Part shown: in pieces, positions 53,985 through 63,013 of the stretch
Layout: the number at the start of each line of letters is the position of its first letter
Position numbering within the stretch: position 1 is the first letter of the stretch
NCBI GenBank assembly: GCA_023717525.1
Contig: JAMQPK010000194.1
Span: forward strand, 6,064 to 70,063
DNA: 64,000 bases
Direction of reading: 5' to 3'
DNA from: Vicinamibacterales bacterium
Lineage (GTDB): Bacteria > Acidobacteriota > Vicinamibacteria > Vicinamibacterales > JAMQPK01
The notes under the pieces: model-generated
Seen by the model: the letters and a program-made list of their open reading frames with translations, nothing else
Database searches by the model: none
What the model was told of the DNA's origin: nothing
Position numbers and translations under genes: made by a program

Positions 53985-56177
53985 ATGCGCAGAGTTTCAT
54001 CATTGACGGCCGCGGGCCTCTTCGTGGCGACGGCGTTTGCCGCCGCCCAGGCACCGGCCCAGCCGCCGGTCCAGCCCCAGGACGGCTCGGCACAGGCGCC
54101 GGAAGTGACGTTCCGAGTCGAGGTGAACTACGTCGAGGAAGACGTGCGCGTTGTCGACCGCAACGGGAATTTCGTGCGTGGTCTGAAGCGCGAAGACTTT
54201 CTGCTGACGGAAGACAACAAGCCGCAGAAGGTGAATACGTTCGGCATGGTGGACATTCCGCTCACGCCGGTTCGCCGGCCCTTGTTCATGGGTCCCGATG
54301 CCATGCCGATCGAACCCGACGTCGCATCGAACGAACGGGTGATGGATGGACGGCTGTACCTTCTTTTGCTCGACGACTACCACACGGCCGCGCTCCGCTC
54401 GCAGAACGTGAAGAACCTGGCGCGGCGGTTTGTGCTCGAGAAGCTCGGCCCGAACGATCAGGCGGCGGTTGTTCCGACGAGCGGCCTGCTCAGCGGCTCG
54501 CAGGACTTCACACAGAATCGCCGGTTGCTGGTCGAGGCGATCAACAACTTCATCGGTCAGAAGCTCCCATCTGCAGCGGTCACGAAGACCGAGGCACGCG
54601 CTCGAGACGAAGCCAGTTCGCGGGCGCTCAGCGACGCCGAGGAGCCCGAGCAGATCACGCCCGAGAACCGCTATACCGAAGACATGGATGCGCCGGAGCG
54701 CACCTATAAGGCGCGCGCCGCGCTGAACTCGCTGCGCAACATCGCGGAATGGATGTCGGCAATCCAGGGGCGGCGCAAGGCCATCATCTACATCAGCGAA
54801 GGCGTGGACTACAACATGTACGACATGTTCGTGGGCTCGCGTCCCGAGATCTTCAATTTCGAAAACTTCAACATGATCCAGCAGGAAACCTGGGACACGA
54901 TTCACGCGGCGTCCAGGAGCAACGTGCAGATTTATCCGGTGGATCCGCGCGGACTCACGAGCATGGCGCAGGAGAACATCGAGATGGGCGGGCTGCCGCT
55001 GCTGGCGCTCCACCTGGGTCCCGAATCTCTCAACCAGGAACTGCAGACCTCGCAGATGAACCTTCGGCAACTCGCCGAGGAAACCGGCGGAGTCGCCGCC
55101 GTCGGCACCAACGACATGAACAGGGCGTTCGACCGCATCGTGCAGGAGAACAGCTCGTACTACGTGCTCGGTTACTACTCGTCGAATGAAAAGCGCGACG
55201 GCAAGATGCGCAATATCAGCGTGAAGGTGAACGGTTATCCCGACGCGCAAGTCACGTATCGAAAGCGGTACGCGGCGGCGCGCGGCAAGGCTCCCAGGAA
55301 CACGGCCGCGGGCAAGCCCGTCGATCCGGCTGCAGGGCTGACCGCCGAACTGATGAGCGCCATGGCGGCGCCGTTGCCGATGACGGGCATGCAGCTTCGC
55401 CTCCAGGCGGTTCCACAGAAGGGGACGGGCAAGAACGCGAGGCTCCGAGTGATCGTCCAAACTTCTGGAAAGGATCTCGTGTTCAAGGAGAACAACGGCG
55501 TCTTCAGCACGAAGCTGTCGTTCTCGATAGGCGTCTTCAATAAGCAGGGCAAGCCGGTATTCACCGAGCGGCCGGATGCCGACCTGAATCTGCGCCCGGA
55601 ATCGCATGATCGCGTCAGGCAGAACGGCGTGCGCGTGGTTCGGCAAATGTCGGTACCGCCCGGGCGGTACCAACTTCGCGTCGCAGCGCAGGACAGCTCG
55701 AAAGCGAAACAGGGCACGGCGATTCTCGACATCGATGTGCCCGACTTCACGAAACCCGATATCGCCATCAGCGGCGTTGCGCTGACGAGCTCGGCCGACC
55801 GATCGGTGCCAACCGGGAGCAGCGCGGACGTGATGACGTTCGAGGGCGGGTTGCCTGCGCCTCCGTCGACGCTGCGCGACTTTCCTTCGAACACCGAGCT
55901 TGCGGCCTTCGTCGAGGTGTACGACAACAAGCCGACACCAGCTCATCGAATCGACGTGACGGCGACCGTGAAGGCCGACGATGGCCGTGTCGTGTTTACC
56001 AACAGTCAGGACTACTCGACCGAGGAACTCCATGGCGCAGCCGGCGGATTCGGGTATTCGGTGCGTATGCCAATGACGGGATGGACGCCGGGACTGTATG
56101 TGCTCACGATCGATGCGAAGTCGCGCATCGGGAATCAGGCTCCCATCTCCAAAGTCATTCAGTTTCAGGTGAATTGA
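53985..56177 (+). CDS. VWA-domain protein of the VWFA-related Acidobacterial type (TIGR03436-like)
   Basis: Signal peptide, then FRVEVNYVEEDVRVVDRNGNFVRGLKREDFLLTEDNKPQKV, the characteristic N-terminal module. It is followed by a VWA-like region (LYLLLLDD...). Confidence 0.75.
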   Translation: MRRVSSLTAAGLFVATAFAAAQAPAQPPVQPQDGSAQAPEVTFRVEVNYVEEDVRVVDRNGNFVRGLKREDFLLTEDNKPQKVNTFGMVDIPLTPVRRPLFMGPDAMPIEPDVASNERVMDGRLYLLLLDDYHTAALRSQNVKNLARRFVLEKLGPNDQAAVVPTSGLLSGSQDFTQNRRLLVEAINNFIGQKLPSAAVTKTEARARDEASSRALSDAEEPEQITPENRYTEDMDAPERTYKARAALNSLRNIAEWMSAIQGRRKAIIYISEGVDYNMYDMFVGSRPEIFNFENFNMIQQETWDTIHAASRSNVQIYPVDPRGLTSMAQENIEMGGLPLLALHLGPESLNQELQTSQMNLRQLAEETGGVAAVGTNDMNRAFDRIVQENSSYYVLGYYSSNEKRDGKMRNISVKVNGYPDAQVTYRKRYAAARGKAPRNTAAGKPVDPAAGLTAELMSAMAAPLPMTGMQLRLQAVPQKGTGKNARLRVIVQTSGKDLVFKENNGVFSTKLSFSIGVFNKQGKPVFTERPDADLNLRPESHDRVRQNGVRVVRQMSVPPGRYQLRVAAQDSSKAKQGTAILDIDVPDFTKPDIAISGVALTSSADRSVPTGSSADVMTFEGGLPAPPSTLRDFPSNTELAAFVEVYDNKPTPAHRIDVTATVKADDGRVVFTNSQDYSTEELHGAAGGFGYSVRMPMTGWTPGLYVLTIDAKSRIGNQAPISKVIQFQVN

Positions 56178-56179
56178 GC

Positions 56180-56614
56180 ATGAAACGTTTCATCACGCTC
56201 CTGATGACGCTTGGGGCAGCGGTGCTGGCTCAGGCCGCCCAGGCTCCTGCGATTACGTCCATCGCTAAAGGGGACATGAGCGGCGTGCAGACGGCGCGCC
56301 AGGTCACGGTCCGCACGCTCGCCGAGTGGCAGAAGCTGTGGAAGGAACACGCGCCGGAAGAGAAGATGCCTGCCGTCGACTTCACCACACGCATGGTCGT
56401 CGGTATTTTTCTGGGATCGAAGCCGAGCGCCGGGTATGAAGTGGAGATCTTGAACGTGCGGCCGGAGGGAAAGGACCTCGTCGTCGAGTACGCTCAGAAA
56501 CAACCGGGGCGCGGCGCGATGGCCGCTCAGATTCTCGTCGAACCCTTCCACCTCGTCGCCGTCGCAAAACACGCCGGACCAGTGCGGTTCCTGCACGTGC
56601 CAGATACACGCTAG
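56180..56614 (+). CDS. PrcB_C-domain-like secreted protein
   Basis: Internal ATG gives the signal peptide MKRFITLLMTLGAAVLAQA. ...VDFTTRMVVGIFLGSKPSAGYEVEI... resembles the PrcB C-terminal domain. Confidence 0.55.
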   Translation: MKRFITLLMTLGAAVLAQAAQAPAITSIAKGDMSGVQTARQVTVRTLAEWQKLWKEHAPEEKMPAVDFTTRMVVGIFLGSKPSAGYEVEILNVRPEGKDLVVEYAQKQPGRGAMAAQILVEPFHLVAVAKHAGPVRFLHVPDTR

Positions 56615-56677
56615 TCCCTGGTCCTTTGTCCTTGGTCCTTTGTCCGGACCAAGAACGAAGGACCAAGGCCCAAGGAC
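56614..56677. repeat. imperfect inverted repeat GTCCYTK x4.5 / GGMCCAA x4.5 filling the gap between two convergent stop codons
   Basis: Hand pairing gives about 26 of 32 positions paired. Confidence 0.7.
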
Positions 56678-57169
56678 CTAAGAAGCTCCGGCTTTCACTG
56701 CCTTCAGCTTGACCGGCTTCACGGTGCCGTTGTTCTGCTCGAACTTGTATTGCGGCTGCGTCATCCCCGCCACCTTCGGCGACCTCAAGACGATCGTCGC
56801 CACGTCGAGCGGCTGGAGCGGCGTGCGGAGCCGCTGACGATCGCCGGTCCCCTGCAGAGGCTGTCCGGCCTTGTCGTACCAGAATTCCGTAATCTGCAGG
56901 CCGACGAGCGCGTTGGTCGCATGCATGTTCTTGACCTGGAAGGTCGTCACAATCGTGTTGCCTTCCAGCTTCGCCGACTGCATGAATCCCAACTCGGCGA
57001 CGCCGCGAAGGGGAGGCGCCGATTTCTTCAATACCGATGCCTGGGCCGAGGCTGGAGCCGCCGGAGCCTGAGCCGCCGGGGCCGCCGTTTGAGCCGACAG
57101 GGTCACCACCGCGGCTGAGGTCAGCACAGCGGCCGTTATCGCGATTCCAGACGCATATCGCACGCGCAT
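56678..57169 (-). CDS. secreted protein of unknown function
   Basis: Internal ATG with AAGGAG upstream. Signal peptide MRVRYASGIAITAAVLTSAAVVTLSAQ, an Ala/Pro-rich linker, and a beta-rich C-terminus. Confidence 0.5.
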   Translation of the reverse strand: MRVRYASGIAITAAVLTSAAVVTLSAQTAAPAAQAPAAPASAQASVLKKSAPPLRGVAELGFMQSAKLEGNTIVTTFQVKNMHATNALVGLQITEFWYDKAGQPLQGTGDRQRLRTPLQPLDVATIVLRSPKVAGMTQPQYKFEQNNGTVKPVKLKAVKAGAS

Positions 57170-57217
57170 CTTCAACTCCTTCGAATACAGGGTGGATCTG
57201 CCGGGCATTATAGGCGA

Positions 57218-57676
57218 CTACATCTCACCGTTCCAGTCCTCCGGTTCCGGGTTGATCGATCGGAAGATCTCCAGGTGCCACTTGCCCCCGCCCCAGGGCT
57301 CGATGACCTCTGTTGCCACGACATCCACGAGAATTTCGGCGAATGTCCGTGCCTCGGGGTCGCCCTCGAGGTGGTAGCCCGGCTCGTCCCAGCCGAAATT
57401 CGGATACAGCACAACCGTCAGGAACAGGTCGTACCCGTCGTCCACGACGATAAGCTGGCCGCACGGGCGTTTGGTGGTGGAGTGGTAGACGAGGTACTTC
57501 TCGGCGCTGTGTGCGCGGATGTAGCGTTTCAGCGCAAATTCGCGCGCGACGATTTCCTCGATGGCGATCTTCTTGTCCCAGCAGTCGCGGCAGTACCGCT
57601 CGTCGCCGCGGGGCTCGGAGACCTCCTTGGCGCCGCACAACGCGCAACGGGTCTTAGCGACTGATTTGCGGGGCAC
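57218..57676 (-). CDS. zinc-ribbon (CxxC...CxxC) protein of unknown function
   Basis: MPRKSVAKTRCALCGAKEVSEPRGDERYCRDCWDKK..., then a domain of about 110 aa that I do not recognise. It overlaps the glgP 3' end by 23 nt. Confidence 0.5.
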   Translation of the reverse strand: MPRKSVAKTRCALCGAKEVSEPRGDERYCRDCWDKKIAIEEIVAREFALKRYIRAHSAEKYLVYHSTTKRPCGQLIVVDDGYDLFLTVVLYPNFGWDEPGYHLEGDPEARTFAEILVDVVATEVIEPWGGGKWHLEIFRSINPEPEDWNGEM

Positions 57677-59810
57677 TTGAGTCCTTTGCCTGCTGGGCAG
57701 CCGGCGCGTACATCTCTTCGACGTACTGCTTCAGCATGCGTGCAGCGCTGAACCGCGGAGTGACGGAGCGGATGCACTCCTTCACGATTCGAAGCCAGGC
57801 CTGCGGCACGCCGCGCTGGTCGCGCTGATAGTAGGTCGGCACAACTTGCTCTTCGAGCAGGCGATAGAGCGCGTCGGCATCGGCTGCGTCCTGTGCATCC
57901 TGATCGTCGAAAGGTCCGCCACCGTCGATCACCCAGCCGTTCGATCCATTGTAGCCCTCGGCCCACCATCCATCGCCAATGCTCAGATGCGGCACACCAT
58001 TGATGCTTGCCTTCATGCCGCTCGTGCCGCTGGCCTCGAGCGGCTTCCGCGGGGTGTTCAGCCAGACGTCGCAGCCCTGCGTGAGGAAGTGAGCCACGTG
58101 GAGGTCGTAGTCGTCCACGAATGCGATACGTCCGCCATAGATGGGGTCGATGGCATGCCGGTAGATCTGCTGAAGATGGCCCTTACCGGCGTCATCGGCG
58201 GGATGCGACTTGCCAGCGAAGACGATCTGCACGTGCCGCCGCGGCGACGCGAGGATACGGATCAACCGTTGCGGATCGCGAAAGATCAGCTCCGGCCGTT
58301 TATAAGCCGTGAAACGGCGGGCGAAGCCGATCGTGAGCGCGCTTGGGTCGAGCAACGGGCCTGCTGCGACAACCGCGGCGGCCGTCACGCCCTCCTGTCC
58401 CCAGCGATCGCGCGCGCGGTCGCGGATGAACGCAAAGAGGAACCTCTTCAATGCCGTGCGAGCGCTCCAGAGGTCTTCGTCCGGAATGTCGAGGACGCGA
58501 TCCCAGTACGCGGCTTCGTCGCTGCGGTCGCGCCAGTCGGGGCCGATGTGGCGCTCGACAACCCGCGCCATTTCCGCCGCCAGCCAGGTCGGCACGTGCA
58601 CGCCGTTGGTAATCGCTTTCAGCGGACGCTGCCGGTTCGCATCCCGCTCGGCCAGGATCGGCTCCCACATGGTGCGCGTCACGTCGCCATGGAGCCGGCT
58701 GACGCCGTTCGCGAAGCTGGACGTCCGGAGCGCGAGCGACGTCATGTTGAACTGACCGTGGTATTCGCCGAGCGACAGGAAGCGGCTGCGAATGTCGGCG
58801 AGTGGACCCCACGCGCCCTGTAAATGATGCTCGACGCGTTCGAACGAAAAGGCGTCGTGTCCCGCGGCGACCGGCGTGTGCGTCGTGAAGATCGTGGCCC
58901 GGCGCACGCGCTCCAGCGCATCGTCGAAGCCCGCGCCCTCGGCGATGTACTCGTAGATGCGCTGCAGGACGACGAACGCCGCGTGGCCTTCGTTCAGGTG
59001 CCACACGTCGGGTGTGATCCCGAGGGCGCGGAGCGCGCGGACGCCGCCGATGCCGAGAATGATTTCCTGCTGGAGGCGCGTTTCGCGATCGCCGCCGTAG
59101 AGTCGGGCCGACAGGTCTCGATCCTGCGGCGCGTTCTCTTCGAGCCCCGTGTCGAGCAAGTACAAGGTCACTCTTCCGACCGACACCTTCCAGACGTTGG
59201 TCAACACCGCGCGATCGCCCAGGGGCACAGCCACGATGCATGGGCTGCCGTCCGGCTTCAGGGCCTGCTCGATGGCGACGTCGGGCCAGTTGAGACGCTC
59301 GTATGTTTCGAGCTGCCAGCCCTCAGGAGAGACGTGCTGGTGAAAATAGCCCTGCGGGTACATAAAGCCCACGCCCACGAGCGGCACGCCAAGGTCGCTG
59401 GCCTGCTTACAGTGATCGCCGGCAAGCGCGCCGAGGCCTCCGGCGTAGATCGGCAGGGATTGATGAATGGCGAACTCGGCCGAGAAGTACGCGATCGTCG
59501 CCCCTTGTGCCTGGGGAAACCGCCGTGCCATCCACGTGTCTTTCGCCTCGTACGCCGCGTCCAGCCCGGCGACCGCCGCGTCGTACACACTGAGAAACTC
59601 CGGATCGCGCGCCGACTGCTCGAGCCGCTCTTGCGAGACGAGCCACAGCATGCGGACTGGGTTGTGCGCCGTCGTTCGCCACAACTGATAGTCGAGGTCG
59701 CGAAAAACCTTGCGGGGCGCGTGGTGCCAACTCCACCACAAATTCCCGGCGAGTTCGTCGAGACGCCCAATGCGCTCTGGAAGTGGCGGCAAGCCTTTAT
59801 AACGGTTCAT
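57654..59810 (-). CDS. glgP: alpha-glucan family phosphorylase
   Basis: 718 aa: LDELAGNLWWSWH, AYFSAEFAIHQSLPIYAGGLGALAGDH, and EASGTSGMKASINGV (PLP Lys region). Confidence 0.85.
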   Translation of the reverse strand: MNRYKGLPPLPERIGRLDELAGNLWWSWHHAPRKVFRDLDYQLWRTTAHNPVRMLWLVSQERLEQSARDPEFLSVYDAAVAGLDAAYEAKDTWMARRFPQAQGATIAYFSAEFAIHQSLPIYAGGLGALAGDHCKQASDLGVPLVGVGFMYPQGYFHQHVSPEGWQLETYERLNWPDVAIEQALKPDGSPCIVAVPLGDRAVLTNVWKVSVGRVTLYLLDTGLEENAPQDRDLSARLYGGDRETRLQQEIILGIGGVRALRALGITPDVWHLNEGHAAFVVLQRIYEYIAEGAGFDDALERVRRATIFTTHTPVAAGHDAFSFERVEHHLQGAWGPLADIRSRFLSLGEYHGQFNMTSLALRTSSFANGVSRLHGDVTRTMWEPILAERDANRQRPLKAITNGVHVPTWLAAEMARVVERHIGPDWRDRSDEAAYWDRVLDIPDEDLWSARTALKRFLFAFIRDRARDRWGQEGVTAAAVVAAGPLLDPSALTIGFARRFTAYKRPELIFRDPQRLIRILASPRRHVQIVFAGKSHPADDAGKGHLQQIYRHAIDPIYGGRIAFVDDYDLHVAHFLTQGCDVWLNTPRKPLEASGTSGMKASINGVPHLSIGDGWWAEGYNGSNGWVIDGGGPFDDQDAQDAADADALYRLLEEQVVPTYYQRDQRGVPQAWLRIVKECIRSVTPRFSAARMLKQYVEEMYAPAAQQAKDSSAPQISR

Positions 59811-61087
59811 CGAACCACCGATCGTAGTCGTGCCCCAGCGTCGCCGTCAACGAAGCTCCGCCGATAGTTCCTGAGCGCTGGAGTCGTCACCGCGATCCAC
59901 GCAGTGGCCACTAAACATCCGAGCCCTCCAGTGACGACCGACGCGCGCGCCCCGGCCCATTGCGCCACCAGGCCGGCCTCGAGTTCGCCCAGTTGTGGCC
60001 CTCCCTGAAAGAACACCATGTTGACACCGGTCATTCTTCCGCGCAGGTGGTCAGGCGTACCGAGCTGGCGGACGACGTTGCGAAGCACCATGCTGACGGT
60101 GTCGGCGGCGCCCGTGGCGGCGAGACACAGGAAGGTCAGCCAGAACGCCTGCGAAATACCAAAGACGATGGTGGCTCCGCCGTACGCGCACACCGCCCAG
60201 AGCAGTACCACTCCGCGCCGCTCGATGCGCTCGATCGAGCGCACCATGATCACGCTCGTCAGCACCGCGCCAATCGATGGAGCGGCGTACAGCCAGCCGT
60301 ATCCCTTCGCGCCAACGTGCAGGATGTCTTGAGCAAAGATCGGCAGCAGTGCGGTCGCCGACGAGAAAAACGTGGCGAAGAAATCCAGCAGCATCGTCGA
60401 TCGGATGATGGGATCGGCAAATACGAACCCCAGGCCCTCTTTGATGGCGCCAAGGCTGATTTCGCTGGCCTGCCGCGAATCGCGCGCCGGCACATCGCGC
60501 ATCATCAGCAGGGCGGCGATTACGAACACGAAGGTGAGCGCGTTCAGCAGGTACACCCAACCGACGCCCAGCGTGGCAATCACGATTCCGCCGAGCGCGG
60601 GTCCGGATACCGATGCGACCTGCAGCATGATCGCGTTCAGGCTGATGGCGTTCGGCAGGTGATCGCGGGGCACAAGCGTGGGCGTCAGCGACTGGCGCGC
60701 CGGACCGTCGAACGCGCCGGCCGAGGATCCGATCGCGGCCAGGAGATAGATGGGCCACGGCTGGGTCAATCCTCGAAAACTCAGAATAGCGAGCAGGACT
60801 GCGGTGACGCCCATCGCCGCCTGCGTCACGAGCATCACGCGCCGGCGGTCCCAGGCGTCGGCGACGGCACCGGCGGCTATCGAGAAACACACAATCGGCA
60901 AGAGGCGCACGAGACCGACCATGCCGAGCGCCAGCGCGCGCTTGTCTACCGGCACGAGCAGCGAGACGTGCCACAGAATCGCAGCCGTCTGCATCATTGA
61001 GCCCGAAAACGAAACAAGCTGGCCTGACCACAAAAGACGAAAGTTGCGATGCTGCAGCGCGACGAACGGGGACTTCGTGAACGACAA
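59807..61087 (-). CDS. MFS transporter
   Basis: 426 aa, about 12 TM, FRLLWSGQLVSFSGSMMQ N-terminus (EntS/YbdA-like subfamily pattern). TTG start. Confidence 0.8.
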   Translation of the reverse strand: MSFTKSPFVALQHRNFRLLWSGQLVSFSGSMMQTAAILWHVSLLVPVDKRALALGMVGLVRLLPIVCFSIAAGAVADAWDRRRVMLVTQAAMGVTAVLLAILSFRGLTQPWPIYLLAAIGSSAGAFDGPARQSLTPTLVPRDHLPNAISLNAIMLQVASVSGPALGGIVIATLGVGWVYLLNALTFVFVIAALLMMRDVPARDSRQASEISLGAIKEGLGFVFADPIIRSTMLLDFFATFFSSATALLPIFAQDILHVGAKGYGWLYAAPSIGAVLTSVIMVRSIERIERRGVVLLWAVCAYGGATIVFGISQAFWLTFLCLAATGAADTVSMVLRNVVRQLGTPDHLRGRMTGVNMVFFQGGPQLGELEAGLVAQWAGARASVVTGGLGCLVATAWIAVTTPALRNYRRSFVDGDAGARLRSVVR

Positions 61088-61103
61088 CGCGGGGAGTATA
61101 TCG

Positions 61104-61219
61104 CGTGGGAGAACGTGGGAGAACGTGGGAGAACGAAGGACAACGTAGGAGAGCGTAGGTCGCGTAGGAAAACGTGGGATTAACCCTACGTTCTCCTACG
61201 CCGCCTACGTTTTCCTACG
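61104..61219. repeat. tandem 9-10-nt array (CGTGGGAGAA x3, then degenerate CGTAGGNNNN units) whose inner four units pair with a downstream complementary array
   Basis: Read directly. Hand pairing of 61144-61178 with 61184-61219 gives a long imperfect stem. The units at 61104-61143 are unpaired. Confidence 0.85.
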
Positions 61220-61221
61220 AA

Positions 61222-62136
61222 CTACTGCGCTTCCCACGGCGGGGGCGGTGGCTCGATCTCAGTCTGCAGTTGCTTAACGGCGTTCACGTCGACGCCGGCG
61301 CCCGTGATCTGCGGAAAGTTTTTTGCGTGGCTCGTGAGGTCGACACGGCGTGCAACTTCTTCGACGGTCATACCTTTGTTCAGAAGCTCCGTGGCCTGTG
61401 TCAGCAGGTCCCGCAGGTAGCTCTGCAGCGCGTCGATCTTCGGCTTCCCCTTGAACGGTGCGCCTCGCGCCGGTAGCACCGTCTCGAAGTCCTGCAGCTT
61501 CAGTGCCTCGAGCGTCGAGATCCAGTCTGCGATGCTGCCGGCCGACATGTCTGGCAAACCCGAAACCAGGAGATCACCTGTGCAGATGATGCGTTCTTTG
61601 GGGAGCAGCACGACGACGTCGTTGTCGGAATGTCCGCGCCCTACATAAAGGATGCGAACCTCGCGATCGCCGCGATACAGGGCGAGCCTCGTCGTCATCC
61701 CGACGGTCGGTGGCGCCACCGTCGACCCTGGCGCGCGCGGCTTGCCCGCCCGATCGGTCAGCAGCGTTCGCCGGGCAAGCTCGTGACCGATGACGTCGAT
61801 ACCGGCAGGGAACGATTCGCGCGCGGCCGTTGTCGAGGCATGGTAGTGCGTGTTGACGATGTACCGAACGGGCTTGTCGGTGACGGTCCTGACCTGCTCG
61901 ACCAGCGCGCGGGCGTCGGCGGGGAAGAAGTGCGTGCCGACGAGGATGACGTCCACGTCGCTCACGATTACCGGAATGTTCGCCGCATTTGGGCCCGGCA
62001 CGGCAGGCACCGCCAGGTAGACGCCCTCGGTCACCTTGTCGATCTTGTAGCGCGCGGCGGTTTGCGCAGACGTGGCCGACACGACGAACATTTGCGCTGC
62101 GATCGCGAAGACAAAGATCCTTCCCATGCGCCACAT
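61222..62136 (-). CDS. MBL-fold metallo-hydrolase (secreted)
   Basis: Internal ATG gives the signal peptide MWRMGRIFVFAIAAQMFVVSATSAQ. YIVNTHYHASTT is a degenerate HxHxDH region. The track ORF from 62520 is an Arg-rich upstream extension. Confidence 0.75.
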   Translation of the reverse strand: MWRMGRIFVFAIAAQMFVVSATSAQTAARYKIDKVTEGVYLAVPAVPGPNAANIPVIVSDVDVILVGTHFFPADARALVEQVRTVTDKPVRYIVNTHYHASTTAARESFPAGIDVIGHELARRTLLTDRAGKPRAPGSTVAPPTVGMTTRLALYRGDREVRILYVGRGHSDNDVVVLLPKERIICTGDLLVSGLPDMSAGSIADWISTLEALKLQDFETVLPARGAPFKGKPKIDALQSYLRDLLTQATELLNKGMTVEEVARRVDLTSHAKNFPQITGAGVDVNAVKQLQTEIEPPPPPWEAQ

Positions 62137-62154
62137 TGTGCTACCTTTCTGCTC

Positions 62155-62694
62155 GTGCGGAAAGCCTCTCCGATCGCGGTCGCTATCTGCTCGATTGTGA
62201 TGCTGGTACTTGCGTCGCCGGTTGCGCACGGACAGCGGCCGCGTGTGAGCCCGCACGAGACGCACACATTCACTGTCGCGGGCGCCACGGTCACCATCAC
62301 CTACGGCCGCCCGTCGATGCGCGGAAGGAAGGTCTTCGGCGCGCTGGTGCCTTACAACGTTGTCTGGATGCCCGGAGCCGACGAGGCGACGATCTTCCAG
62401 ACGACGGCGACGCTGCGCTTCACCGAGTTCACCCTGCCGGCGGGTTCCTACTCGCTCTATACCATGCCGTCCGAGAAACAGTGGCTGCTGATCATCAACA
62501 AGAGAACGGGGCAGTTCCACACTGTCTATCCGTCGACGGAAGACCTGGTCAAGCTGGCCATGACGTCAGAGGCCGTCGCCGTACCGGTCGAGCAGTTGAC
62601 GATCTCGGCTGTATCGCGCCCCGAAGGTGGGGGCGCCGTCCAACTCGAGTGGGAAACCACGCGCGTCTTCGCTCCCTTCACGGTTGCACGCTAG
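62155..62694 (+). CDS. DUF2911-like secreted protein
   Basis: GTG start gives (M)RKASPIAVAICSIVMLVLASPVAHGQ. ...ITYGRPSMRGRKVFGALVPYNVVWMPGADEAT...LPAGSYSLYTMPSEKQWLLIINK is typical of DUF2911. Confidence 0.55.
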   Translation: MRKASPIAVAICSIVMLVLASPVAHGQRPRVSPHETHTFTVAGATVTITYGRPSMRGRKVFGALVPYNVVWMPGADEATIFQTTATLRFTEFTLPAGSYSLYTMPSEKQWLLIINKRTGQFHTVYPSTEDLVKLAMTSEAVAVPVEQLTISAVSRPEGGGAVQLEWETTRVFAPFTVAR

Positions 62695-62719
62695 GTCGTT
62701 CTGATAAGATTCCCGCGCC

Positions 62720-63013
62720 ATGCAGTTTGATTTTCTCGATGGGCTGTTCGTGCTCATGCTCGCGACGTTCATCGGATTGGACGTCATTCGCCGTGTGTCG
62801 CGCCTGCTGCACACGCCGCTCATGTCGCTGACCAACGCGATTTCCGCCATCGCCGTCGTGGGAGCCATTCTGCTCGCGGGCGAGCAGGAATCGCGTCTGA
62901 GCACCATTCTCGGCGCCATCGCCGTCTTTGCCTCCACCACCAACATCGTCAGCGGCTTTCTCATCACCGATCGCATGCTGAAGATGTTCAAGAAGCGGGA
63001 GCCCGCGAAATGA
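62720..63013 (+). CDS. pntA: NAD(P) transhydrogenase alpha subunit, membrane part (PntAB)
   Basis: 97 aa: FVLMLATFIGLDVIRRVSRLLHTPLMSLTNAISAIAVVGAIL. Confidence 0.8.
   Translation: MQFDFLDGLFVLMLATFIGLDVIRRVSRLLHTPLMSLTNAISAIAVVGAILLAGEQESRLSTILGAIAVFASTTNIVSGFLITDRMLKMFKKREPAK

Noticed and set aside
54000-56033. 677-aa minus-strand ORF
   Set aside because: It is antisense to the VWFA-type gene, which has a signal peptide and the characteristic N-terminal module.
62137-62520. Upstream 128-codon extension of the MBL-fold gene
   Set aside because: It is Arg/Asp-rich with no signal peptide and overlaps the divergent DUF2911-like gene. The internal ATG at 62136 gives a clean signal peptide.
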